In this document: positions 48,224 to 60,400 of the stretch, piece by piece
How positions within the stretch are numbered: position 1 is the stretch's first letter
How the letters are laid out: each line of letters opens with the position of its first letter
Assembly (NCBI GenBank): GCA_052426225.1
Contig: JBNJNM010000007.1
Span: forward strand, 1 to 64,000
From: Zancudomyces culisetae HAW-14-8
Taxonomy: Eukaryota > Fungi > Kickxellomycota
DNA length: 64,000 nt
Direction of reading: 5' to 3'
Translations under genes and position numbers: made by a program
Notes under the pieces: model-generated
What the model saw: the letters and a program-made list of their open reading frames with translations, nothing else
Told to the model about the DNA's origin: nothing
Database searches by the model: none

Positions 48224-49813
48224 ATGGGAAACTTGATGGATCAAGAGTTTATAAAGGACAAGCTGATAAAGTTCTACAATTGTAAGATATTGCGGGATCA
48301 CCAGCTAAAAGATGATTACCTGTATGTTCTTAACGGAAAAATCATCAACCCTGAACTCTACTTTTACAGGAAAAAAAAGAAGGAAGACATAAGCATAGAC
48401 TGTGAAGGCTGTATAATATCACCAGGGTTCATAGATATACAACTAAACGGTAAGTATTGTAAATATATGATAACCCAATCTACCAGGAGAAGAAAAGAAA
48501 AGAAAAGGAAAGGAAAAGAAAAGAAAAGAAAAGAAAAGAAAAGAAAAGAAAGGAGTGGTGGTGTTTGGTATATAAAAGTGCAAAAAAATACTATTGTGTG
48601 TTTATCACTTTCTGTGTGTGAGGTAATAAGCACTTTTCTAAACTCACGATATACTAAAAGGTGATGCCCGAATGATTTCTACGTAAATAGGCTCTGTTGG
48701 GTATGACTTTTCAGCATCACATCAAATAAATGAAGAGACTGTTGCTACCATCTCCAAGGCACAGTTGTTGTTAGGTGTAACATCATACTGTCCAACAATT
48801 GTGAGCTCAAGACCTGAAGTATACTCCAAAGTAAGTACTCGCATTACCTTCGTGGGTTTATAGTCTATCCAAACAAAACAAAAAATAAAAGCATAGGTAA
48901 TAATAACATTTAAATAAAATGTAAATGTAAATAGGTGGTACCACTTCTTGGACCAAAAAAGGGGTCAATCGAAAACGGGGCAGAGGTTCTAGGAGCACAT
49001 TTAGAAGGACCATTTATTAGCCCATTCAAGAAAGGAGCACACGAAAAAGAAACACTAAGAGATGCCAAAAACGGGCTAAGTGACATTTATGCGTGCTACG
49101 GCGAGGAAAACCTAAAGAAACACACGGCATACATTACAGTTGCTCCAGAAGTCAAAGGTATTGTAGATTGTATTCAACCATTGATCAAGGAAACAGGAAT
49201 CCAAGTTAGCCAGGGCCACTCACAGGCCAATGTGGACGAAGCAGAAAACGCCAGAACATTGGGATGTAGACTAGTTACTCACTTGTTCAATGCCATGGCG
49301 GCTTTCCACCAACGTGATCCAGGGATTGTTGGGTTGTTGGGTTCAGCAGACGATAGAACTTACTATGGAATAATCTGTGATGGACATCACGTACACCCAA
49401 ACTCAGTGAAAATAGCGTACTATGCTCATCCTAAGGGTGCAGTTCTTGTTACCGATGCCATGACAGCTCAATGCCTAAAAGAAGGAAACTACACACTGGG
49501 CAAGCTTGATGTAGAGATGAGAAATGGTTTTGTGTATGTCAAGGGTACAAACACAATTGCTGGCTCTGTTGTTACCATGTCAGAGTGTGTTAAAAACTTT
49601 ATCAAATTCACTGGTGCTTCTGTTGTAGAGGCCTTGGAGGCTGCTACTTTGCACCCGGCCAAGTTCTTGAATATTGAATCTCGTAAAGGTACATTGGACT
49701 TTGATGCCGATGCTGACTTTTTGTTTTTAGATAACGAGTTGAACATCAAGAAAATATTTATTGCTGGTGTTGAGGCGACTTCAGAAAATGTTCATGTCAC
49801 ACCAAACATTTAA
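48224..49813 (+). CDS. DAC1: N-acetylglucosamine-6-phosphate deacetylase; join(48224..48449,48691..48830,48935..49813)
   Basis: PGFIDIQLNG, GVTSYCPT, HLEGPF, THLFNAM, DGHH, LVTDAM; two GTAAGT..AG introns restore a continuous frame. Confidence 0.96.
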
Positions 49814-50231
49814 AATGATCGCTTAACTTTGTTTTATTTTTATTTCTTTACTGTTAATCTCCATTCTATGGTTTGTTTAGTAAATTTGTTGATTAGATTC
49901 CCCCTTTTTACCCTCCTTTAAAAAAACCTGTATACACATGAACGTCGCCAGCGTACAAACCACCTATGCTGTATTTAAACTTTTGTGTCTTTAATTTCTT
50001 TGAAGAAAGAGAGTGTGTTGTTTGTGAATGGGTTAGTTTATCAGTCATTGTGGGAAAAAAATACTAGAAAATGTCGAAAGTGCTGGGTTATAGATTGGAT
50101 TGAACTCCTGTGCTTTATTAACATCAAGGAGTATGATAAAAGAAAAAGCAAAAGCAAAAGAAAAAGAAATGACCAGTTAAAAATCTAAAAAAGTGCAAGT
50201 AAAGGTGAGGAAAAGAAAAAAAAAGAAGGAA

Positions 50232-51238
50232 TTAGTGAGAAGTCCTTTCTGGAGAAATTTCAATCAAATTTTTTAACATTGTTTCCCTAATCTCGCTTAT
50301 AGTTGGACCCAACTTATCTTCATCAACATTGCTCAAGTCAATAGGTGGCAAAACTCTGAGCTTAATTGTTCCGCCAGGAAACCACCACCTCTTACTATCA
50401 ATGATGTTGTGGAAGTCTGAGACAACAACTGGAACGATGGGAACCTTTGCAAGTTTGGCCAAAAGGAACGCTCCTACCTTAAATTGAAGCATGTTGGGGC
50501 CATCCTTGTGTGTTCCTCGAGTGCCTTCTGGAAAGAAGAATACGCTAACCTATTTTCAGTATTTGATGTTGGTATGATAACAACTATTAATCCTTTGTTA
50601 ATTATGAGGGGAGTGAGAAAGGGAAGGTGGTGAAATTCGTTATCTTTCTCGAAATAATATGATTGAATAATAAATACAAGATTATTCCTTTTTCTAGAAT
50701 AAGAATGATAGAAAAAATAAAATAAATGGGGGATACTTGCATTTTTTTGCCTAATGATTATCGAAGCCTTCTCAAATAGTTGTTTCATTGATTGTTTGTT
50801 TCCTCGAGTAATAAATATATCATCAGCAAGTGTCATAAACCAACCGACGAAGGGATAGTATTTTATAACCTTTTTAGCAAGAATAACTGCAGATCTGGGG
50901 AAGCTAGCGCCCAACCAAATCAAATCGATAACACTTTGATGATTGCCAATCATGATACAAGGCTTTGTTTTATCAAGAATCTCTGGGTTTTCGATTACTA
51001 CATTCACTCCAAGCATTACAGTAGAAAGACCATAGAAGACTCTTCCAGTTAACCAGTTGAGCGAACTTCGTTGACCCATCAACATCAATACCGGAGCGCA
51101 GGATATCGAAACGGTGGCCGAAACAACTGTTATTAACGCCATGTTGATTACCTTGACAACGAATTGGACTTTGTGATTTAGTCTACTGAAAAGACCTACT
51201 ACTACGTAGCATCCCGCAATCGCATATAGATTCACCAT
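50232..51238 (-). CDS. SLC1: 1-acylglycerol-3-phosphate acyltransferase; exons 51238..50741 and 50549..50232 (GC-AG intron)
   Basis: NHQSVID, FITR, FFPEGTR, FKVGAF, VPIVPVV; splicing gives 271 aa. Confidence 0.93.
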
Positions 51239-52676
51239 CTTTTTTTAATTTTTACTCCCTTGTCTCTTTCTTTCTTCGTTTTAAATTAAAATATGAATAA
51301 AAAATGACAATAAAAGAGTAAAATTTTATATACTGTTAGCCTACTGAGTATATAAACACCTTTTAAAGAAATGACAATAAAACTAAAACTAAAAGCAAAA
51401 TAAAATAAAAGGGTAAACTGGCAAAAAAAAAAACTTTAAAAAGACGCAATTTTTATTTTATCATGACTCTTTTTTTTTTGACAAGCTGATCACATTTACT
51501 TTTTTGTATTTTTAGTATGACAGTCAAAAATAAAAAAAGCTAAAAAAAAATAGGGATAGGATATATAATAATGATATAAAAAGTGGGTAAAGATAGTAGG
51601 GAGAGCTGGGTACCTTTATTTTTCTTACTAGTCTCTACATTCCTTGGTACCTGCCAAAAAAATTATAAAATAAAGGGTCCACAAGAATGATTTTCACAAT
51701 GTAGCAAGCAAATAAAAAAAATTTAAAAAAAAATGAAAGAACAGAGTGTTTCGGAGAGTATGCACCACTAATCAAGTCAAAGCACAACTTGCTTTTTCTT
51801 TTTGGTTTCACAATAACATCAATAATTTCTCTTGTCTTTTATACTAGTATTTATCTGGTGGGGGGAGGTTTTTTTTCTATTTTAAAAAAAGTCGTAAAAT
51901 TGGTGGAATTGGTGATAAAAATAAGTAAAAAAAACTGTTGCAAAGTTGTACTTTTTTCTTCTTTAAATTATCTGGATAGTAACATGATAACTTTTTCTCC
52001 AAACTCACTTGATCCAAGCATTATTTCATTCAAGGAAAAAAAAGAAAAAGAAAAGCATGAATGAGTGTGATTCAATAGCTATTAAATATCTAAAAAAATG
52101 CATAGGAGCTATTAGCCAATAACTTTATTTAATCATCATAATTTCATTTTTCATCCCTCACTCACGTTGCTTTTTCTTTCTCATCTCTTTTGTATTTCTC
52201 ATGGTTATGAAATAAAAAATGTAAAAGAGAAACCCGATCAACCCACATGCTCAAACCAGCTGGATATACTTGTGAGAATAATTAATTCCTGGGTTTTTAG
52301 ACAATACAATCGCTACACTTTTATGAAAAGTAAGAGGATTGAAAGATTGCTTGCTGTTTTATCTTACAAAAGATAAAACTCACTGTAGTAAAAGAATATG
52401 AAAAGGGTGAAAAGGTATTTATTTTTTTGGAAAATAGGAGGGAGGTTGGATAGTTTTAAAGTGTACTCTTTTAAATATAGTATACGAAGAAAAAAGCAAC
52501 CATTCATGAATATGGTACCAATGATACAGATTGCTTGCATCCATTTTTGGTTCTATTCTAGCTCCAATTAATCTCGCATCTCGTTCCATCAAACTGTAAT
52601 GATGACTGCAGAGTAATGAAATCTCAAATAGATTCAATACAATACCAGATAGTCTAAATAAATATGTATATATATA

Positions 52677-52709
52677 CGTGTGTGTATGTGTGTGTGTGTG
52701 TGTGTGTGT
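52677..52709. repeat. (TG)n microsatellite (others at ~40041-40070 and ~47012-47028)
   Basis: Direct reading. Confidence 0.85.
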
Positions 52710-53861
52710 ACGTTGATATTTAGTGTTTAATAAGCGGGAAAAAAGAGAGAAGGATATCAGAGAATGACTATTTTGTGTTTGGATTTCCCATCCAACAAAA
52801 ATACAATAAAATAATAAAAGTAAGGGGAAAAAAAAACACCTCATGTCAAAGCCAAAGACATGGGATAAAAACCTTGGCAAATGTAACTAAAACAAACAGG
52901 AATAAAAGTGAGGATGCCAAGATAATTTTGGTTACGCTCCTGATTATGAGTATCGTTATTGATATTGGTATATGGCAAGACCTTTTGCTTCAAGTTGGAG
53001 AATTAGATACACTCAAAGAAATACTGGTGGATCTTGTTAGGTATTGGGTGGTATAATCTACATTGAAGGGGATTATAATAGTAATAATAATAATAATAAT
53101 AATAGTAAAAGTGCACATGCCCACTAATATTAGCTTTTGTAAGGGGGGGCGAGAAGTTCTTTTTACTACATTGAAGGTGGGGCGGACCAACATCGTGCAC
53201 AAAAAGTAGTTTCTTGTTGCTATTTTTATTTTATTTTTTTCGGGAATATTGATTTCAAAATGACCTTTTATATATATTTGATTTCTTTTTTCTTTTTATT
53301 TTGCAGTTTGATAAACAAATAAAATGTAACAAGGCAATTTGCGGATATTTTGCCAATTAAAAAAAGTTTGAGAAAAACAAATACTTTAAATATCCAAATT
53401 CCGACCTAAAAAAAAATAAAAAAAATAAAAAACTATTGAACTACATAAGGGGGGGGCCTCTATAACATCATTTATTTGTTTCTAGAGATGAACGTAGAAT
53501 TAAATGAACAAGAAGGATTATTTCGGGTTGTGAAAAGTCACAAGAAAAAAAAAAAAGTGGGCAAAAAAGTGGTGGGAGGAGGTTATGAGAACCAACCAGC
53601 AAAATGATTTTAAAACAATACATTTATATCTGCAGATGAAAATAATACTAAAAGAACAAAACAAATAGAATAATTAAAGGTTTAATAAATAAATAAAAAA
53701 GAATTTAAAGGATAAAGACAAGAATTGGAGAGTTTTTATTTTTATATATTTTTTAAAAAAAGGGGATTAGTCAGAAATAGCATTGAGCAAAAAGTAAAGC
53801 AATTAGACAATAGAAGGAAGGGGAAAAATAAATAAATGGTAAAGGTTAGGTTGGCAAAAAC

Positions 53862-55171
53862 ATGGATAGAAACGCATTATTGAAGCAAATCCAAGAAGGA
53901 AAGGCATTAAAGAAGGTAGTGACCAAAGATCGATCGGCGCCGCGAGTAGGTAGGTTAAAGTGAATTTTGGTAGTTTTGATAATACGATATTTATCGAAAA
54001 TAAAAATAAAATAAAAGAGAAAAGAATAATATGAAATTAAATTAAATGAAATAAAATAGGAGGTAAAGTAGTTGGGGAACAAGCTAGCGGGACATCAAGG
54101 CCATCGGCACCAGCATCAAGGCCATCAGCACCAGCACCAAGGCCATCGGCACCAGGCCTAGCACCGCCACCACCACCACCATCTATATCTATACAAACAA
54201 GCAGTTCGAACCATAATAGAAGCTATTCGAGTTCTGAGGCAACTAATAGCAATAGTCCAGGGGGAGGCGGGGGGAGGCCTTCGGGATTGGGAAATATATT
54301 TGCGGGAGGAGGAATACCAAAGTTAAAAAGTAGACAAGGAGGAGCAGCAGTAGTTTCGCAATCACAGCCATTGACACAATCCCAATCGCAACCGCCAGTG
54401 CCACCACCACCAGCATCAGCATCGTCGATAGCAGCAGTAGTATCAAACAATTATGGCAGACGAGTATCAGGAGCAACAGCGAGTGTGGAAACCGAAAAGT
54501 CAGCGACGTTACCATCACGAATGTTTGGACAAGGAATGTTACGAAAGACAAAGTATAGCGCAATGGAAAGTGAAAAGAACGAAGGGGGAGGACAGCCAGA
54601 GATAGAACGAATGTTTAAAGCACCTCCACCACCTCCACCACCACCTTCATCATCAAGGCCAGAATCACCAAGAGGAAACATGGCGGGAAAAAGGAGACCA
54701 CCACCACCACCACCTCCATCATCTAAAACAAAGCCTAAAGTCAATAGTATTGCAGGATCAGGAGCAACATCACCAGGCTTAGGACCAGGAGGACCTAGAT
54801 ATACATTACCACCAACAATGCAGAGTAATGCTAGTATTAATAGCGGCAAACCACGAGTAGAGACAACATCTACATCTAGCAGAGAGAATAGTGCAGATGT
54901 ATTTGCACGGCAAAGAGATCAATTGATGCGATACCAGTTAGGAAATAGCAACGGCAATAGGGACGATAATGGTATAATGCAACATAGTCGAGAGAATATA
55001 AATGATGATGGAGATGAAACAATAGAGAGAATAGGAAATATGCAATGGAAATTCCACAACATTTCAGAATTCCCAAGTGTACCAAGCCGGATGCAAATGA
55101 AAACAGGAGGACATGTGTACCCAAGTGGAAATAGTAGAGGAGCATCGAGGAATCTCGAGTATATTATCTAG
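53862..55171 (+). CDS. VRP1: Verprolin/WIP-like actin regulator; join(53862..53949,54060..55171)
   Basis: Exon 1 WH2 MDRNALLKQIQEGKALKKVVTKDRSAP; LGNIFAGGGIPKLK; polyproline; C-terminal WKFHNISEFP..YPSG; GT-AG phase-1 intron keeps the frame. Confidence 0.88.
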
Positions 55172-55328
55172 TTAATTTACAAGCTAATAGAGTTGTAGTA
55201 TAATTAAATGACTATTGAATTATAAAATACCCCAAGTATGTATACACATTATATTATATAATATTATATAATATAATATAATAGTATAGTATATAAAGTA
55301 AAATAAAATGAAATATAAAGTCTATTTA

Positions 55329-55423
55329 TTATGAAGAATGATCTAGCTTTTTCTTGAATTTGTAAAATTCAGATAAAATATTTTTAGATTTATTAACACT
55401 ATTATTACTAGCATTGTTGTTGC

Positions 55424-55463
<40 letters not shown>

Positions 55464-55944
55464 GCTGTTGTTGATGTTGATGTTGCTGTTGTTGTTGTTG
55501 TTGTTAATTGCGGATGTAGTATTATTATTAGTATTATTAGTATTTGATGTTGATGTAGATGTTGATATAGATGTAGGGTTATTATTATTATTATTATTAT
55601 TAGTATTGTTAGTATTAGTATTATTATTATTATTTGGTTTTGATAATGCTTGACGTTGAAAAGATTTAAAAATAAGATGAGGAGGTAATTTATTAGTACT
55701 GTTATTACTTTTACCGTTTGGAGATAAATGATTAAGAATGGAGTTGAAGTTGGAGTTGAAGTTAGGGTTAGAGTTGAAGTTAGGGTTAGAGTTGGAATTG
55801 GAGTTAGAGTTAGAGTTAGAGTTAGAGTTGGAATTGGAGGAAGATTTGTTATTGGAAAGTTTGATTCGATTGGCAATACGATTTACAAAGAGATTCTGTT
55901 GATTTGAAATACCAAAAGAACTAGCAGAATTATTATTATTATTG

Positions 55945-55979
<35 letters not shown>

Positions 55980-57400
55980 GTTATTGTTGTTGTTGTTGTT
56001 AAGTTTGGAAAGTAGAGGACTAGAATTGGTATGTTTGTTAGTAACATGTTGGGGAAATTCAAACCACGGCAACCACGTACGAATAGTACTAAACAGCTCC
56101 TTGAGATTGATTGGTTTAAGCAACACACCATCAAAACCCAAAAGAGACTTATCAGCACTGGAGGAAAGAAATCGATCTCTAACAGTAGTATCGGCAGTTA
56201 ACGCAAGAACTACAACGGGATTCAACCCGGTTCGTTTTTCGTGGTCTCGAATATACCGTGTTGCTTGGTACCCATCGACATTGGGCATTTGGATATCCAT
56301 AAACACCATATCAAACTTGCCATTCCCCGCAGTAAACATATCAAATGCAATTGCTCCATCACTAGCTGCTTCTGATGTTGTTATACCAACCTTTTTCAGT
56401 TGTGCAAGTAGTAGTGATCGATTTACTGGATTATCATCTGCTACCAAAATATTAGGTTGCCTAGTATTATTACTATTACTATTACTATTACTATTACTAT
56501 TACTATTAATATTAATATTAATATTACTAATGTTAAGATTGTTGTTGTTGTTGTTGTTGTTGCTTTGATCCTGAACTTTTTGTTTCGAATTAACAGTATT
56601 TAAAAGTTTAGAATAATCAAAAGTGTCCAATTGCTTTGTAGATTCATTCTGTGTAGAAATGGGAATATTAGGAGTTGTATCAAACTTTTTGTCTATAGAT
56701 TGAGCTTTTACATGAGAATTCAAAGCCAAATTTTTGACTGAAAATGCTGTAGGAATTCTTGAAGATGAAGCAGTAGCAGTAGTATTAGCAGTAGTATTAG
56801 TATTAGTATTAGTATTAGTATTAGTATTAGTATTAGTATTAGTATTAGTATTAGTATTAGTATTAGTATTAGTAGTAGAAGTAGGTGTAGTAATATTGAA
56901 ATTCCTGAGGTTTTTCCCAAATGAATTCGATATAGATATAGATGCAGGTAAAAGTGGTACGTTTGCATTTGGATTATATTTCGAATTGGTATTGGAGTTG
57001 GAATTGGTATTGGAGTTGGAATTGCAATTGGAATTGGACTCTATATTGTGTTTTTTGGTAAATGAAGGAGATTTACTACCACTAATATTGACCAAAGAAG
57101 CAAATGGTGAAATTACAGGCATGTTCAAAGACCCAATAAGTGATCTATTGGTCTCTTTACTAATATTATTATTATTATTATTATTACTATTGCTGTTGTT
57201 GTTATCGTTATCATTTTTTTCGTTGTTGTTGTCATTAACATTATCATTGTTGTTATTAGTATTAGTATTAATATTTAAACTTTTAGATGTTTCAGAATCA
57301 ATAATACTCTTGCGATTATTATACTCACGATTATGTAGAGTTTGTAAAAGATTCTTATTTTTGTAGTAGCCATATTTAGAATCAAGAGTATTTGGTAACC

Positions 57401-57435
<35 letters not shown>

Positions 57436-60400
57436 TGTGATTGAGTTTTGGCAAAACCAACTGTGTCTTTTATACCTCGATGGTAACGACCACTGTTGTT
57501 ATCATCAATAACATTTTCAGATAAAGATTCTGGAGGTTGTTGTTTATATTTTTTGAGCTGCTTTTGTCTTTTGGACTGTCTTTGCCGCTGTTTTGTATTA
57601 CTATCTAATCCAAACACATTCAAACCATGAATACCATTATTGTTACTAGATGTTGAAGTTGAAGTTGATATTGGCATTGACATTGACATTAATAATGACA
57701 TACTATTGGAATCTTCACTCTCATCATTATCTCCATCATTGGGATTATCATAATATTTCAGTTTATGCTTATTATTATTATTATTATCTCCACCACTTGT
57801 TGATCCCTTTACCTCTTTCTTTTCATTTTGTAAATATCGATTGCTATTGTTTTTCGAAGTGCTTTCAAGTGCTTTTTTCAATTTTGAAAATAATAACGGA
57901 CTTGACAAGCTTGAGTTATCAATAGGTACATCATTTGTCTTGATTATAGATTTAGATTTAGATTTAGAATTAGAATTAGAATTAGTGCAAGACTTTGGTT
58001 TTGATTTAGAGTTAGAGCTAGTTTGAGATTCTAATCCTGATTCTAAATCCGATTCCAAACCCGAATCCGATTTATAAACAACTGGAAACAAACTCTTGTT
58101 TACATTACAAGTAGATCTAGAATCAGTATCGGTATTGATATTAGACTTTGTATTGGTATTGGTTTTAGAATTAAAACGTGTCGCAATAGGTATCGAGGTC
58201 ATAAACGGTTGATCATAATCCTGAATAGCCTTAAAATCAAATATTTGAGATTGTCCAGAAACCATTTTGGAATGCTCATTTATTGTCAAATTAATAGATG
58301 ATTCCAACATTCGATCAGTTTGATTATTATCTCTTTCTTCTTTTTCTCTTTCTCTTTCATCTTTTCCATCTTTTCCATCTTCTCTTGTTTCTTGTTCTCC
58401 ATCATTACAATGATCAATTATATTTGATGAATTTAATAAATCTAGAGGACTCGAAATCATTGGGTAATTCATTGGCAATTGTCCACGTGATAATTTCGGA
58501 GTAGAACCATTATCCTCTTCTACTTGTTCTCCACCACCACCATCACCACCATCACCATCATCACCACCATCACCACCATCACCATCATCACCATTGTTAT
58601 TGAGTTTTGTTAACCCAAAGACATTGGGTTCATGAACTGAATAATTTTCAACCCTTTCATTACTATTATTAATGGGTTGGTTTACACTATCATTATCAAT
58701 ACATAAATTATTCGAATCGGTTTCAGATAACTCGTTTTTACTTTTACTTTTTCTTTTATTTCTACTCTTATTTCTACTCTTATTTCCATTTTCATTTCTA
58801 TTGTTGCTGTTATTGTTAATGTCATTGTTAATATTGTCATCCAGAATAATCTGCGATCTAGAACTATTATTCGACCGTATTCTGCTCCCATTTTTTCGTA
58901 AAAGATGTTCATTCTTGTTCATACTAAACATTATTTCGTTCACAAACCTGGCTGATATCGACGATGTAGATGCTGAAACTTGTGTAAGCCTTAATGATGA
59001 ACGCAATCCACTATTATTGGTTCCAAGCAAATTATTGATATTGTTAACGTTTTTGCCTAATGTCCGGCCATGTAGCTGTTGTGTACTATCGTCTTTTTTG
59101 GTACGATTATTGTCCTCTGAATCATCTGTCAATATAGAAGAATCATTCAATCCCTCGGAATAAGAATTGAGTTCAGAATCGGAATGATGATGAGGATGGG
59201 GATGAGGGTGGGGATGAGGATGAGGGTGAAGACTGGAGCTAGAACTAGAGCTAAAACTAGATAAACCAGAAATCAATGCTGGAGCAGAAAGATAGTGTGA
59301 ATTAGATAAAGTAGGAAGCGATTCGTTATACCGCAAGTGATTATCAATTCGATTATCCGAGATTGCAGAATCAATGTTTGTATTGTGAGCTTTAGTTGTT
59401 GATACAGATTGTGATGAAATAAGTTTTTTCTTTTGTTCTTGTTGTTGTTCTTGTTCTTGTTCTTCGTTATCGTTGTTAAAAGATGGTGGATGAATATCTA
59501 GTAATTTATAGTTTGAAGATAAAAAAGAATCCTGGGAATACATTGGTTTAGAGTTATCCTTATCCAATGAAAAATTAAACATATTTTTAGATACAATAAA
59601 TGCATTTTCTTCTTCTTCTTGTTGTTGTTGTTGTATAATTTGATCAGAATCATCATAATTATCATAAAATGAATCAGGAATCATTTTATCTTTATCCGAA
59701 TCCATACCCGAATCCATACCCAAATCCATACCCATACCAACACTATCATCCAAACAATCTTGAGCTGACGTTTGCCAACATTCCATACAATTGCTTCCAA
59801 CAATATTCCCTCCACCAGCATCAATATCAATATCTATACCCAAATTACCAACATCCAAACCTAAACCCAAACCCAAATTTAAACCCAAGCCCAAATCTAA
59901 ACCTAAACCCATATCATTATCTATAACCATTGATGAAGTAATGTTATGAACTGCAGATGCAATTGCTTCTACCATCATAAACTCAGTCACTGGCTTTCTA
60001 CACAACACAATTTTGTAGTAGCGGTCTAGTAATGAAGGAATCTGAGCAATATTCAATTGCCTATTGTTATAAAAAATCACCAATAATCCCTTTTTGGTCG
60101 CTACTGTTGGTAATACAAATGGCTGGTTTTCACTAAACGTATTATTAATTCCAATACTCTGTGAATCATTTGTTAATACATCGTCATTACCATTATCATT
60201 ATCATTATTAAACTGACTCTGACTCTGACTTTGACTTTGAATTTGACTAGCTAATTTTCTAGTACATATAGGCTTGATTATACACTCTGCAAATTCTATC
60301 AACCACTCAGCAACACTATCCAATCCCTTTATTACTCCCGAGTTTTCTTGGCTAGCTTTGGTTCCATTAACCATTCCCCCAACATTCATACCTTCTCCTC

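Noticed and set aside
48224-48664. 146-aa ORF with a K/R/E-rich C-terminus
   Set aside because: Read-through of DAC1 exon 1 into an (AAAAG)n-containing intron.
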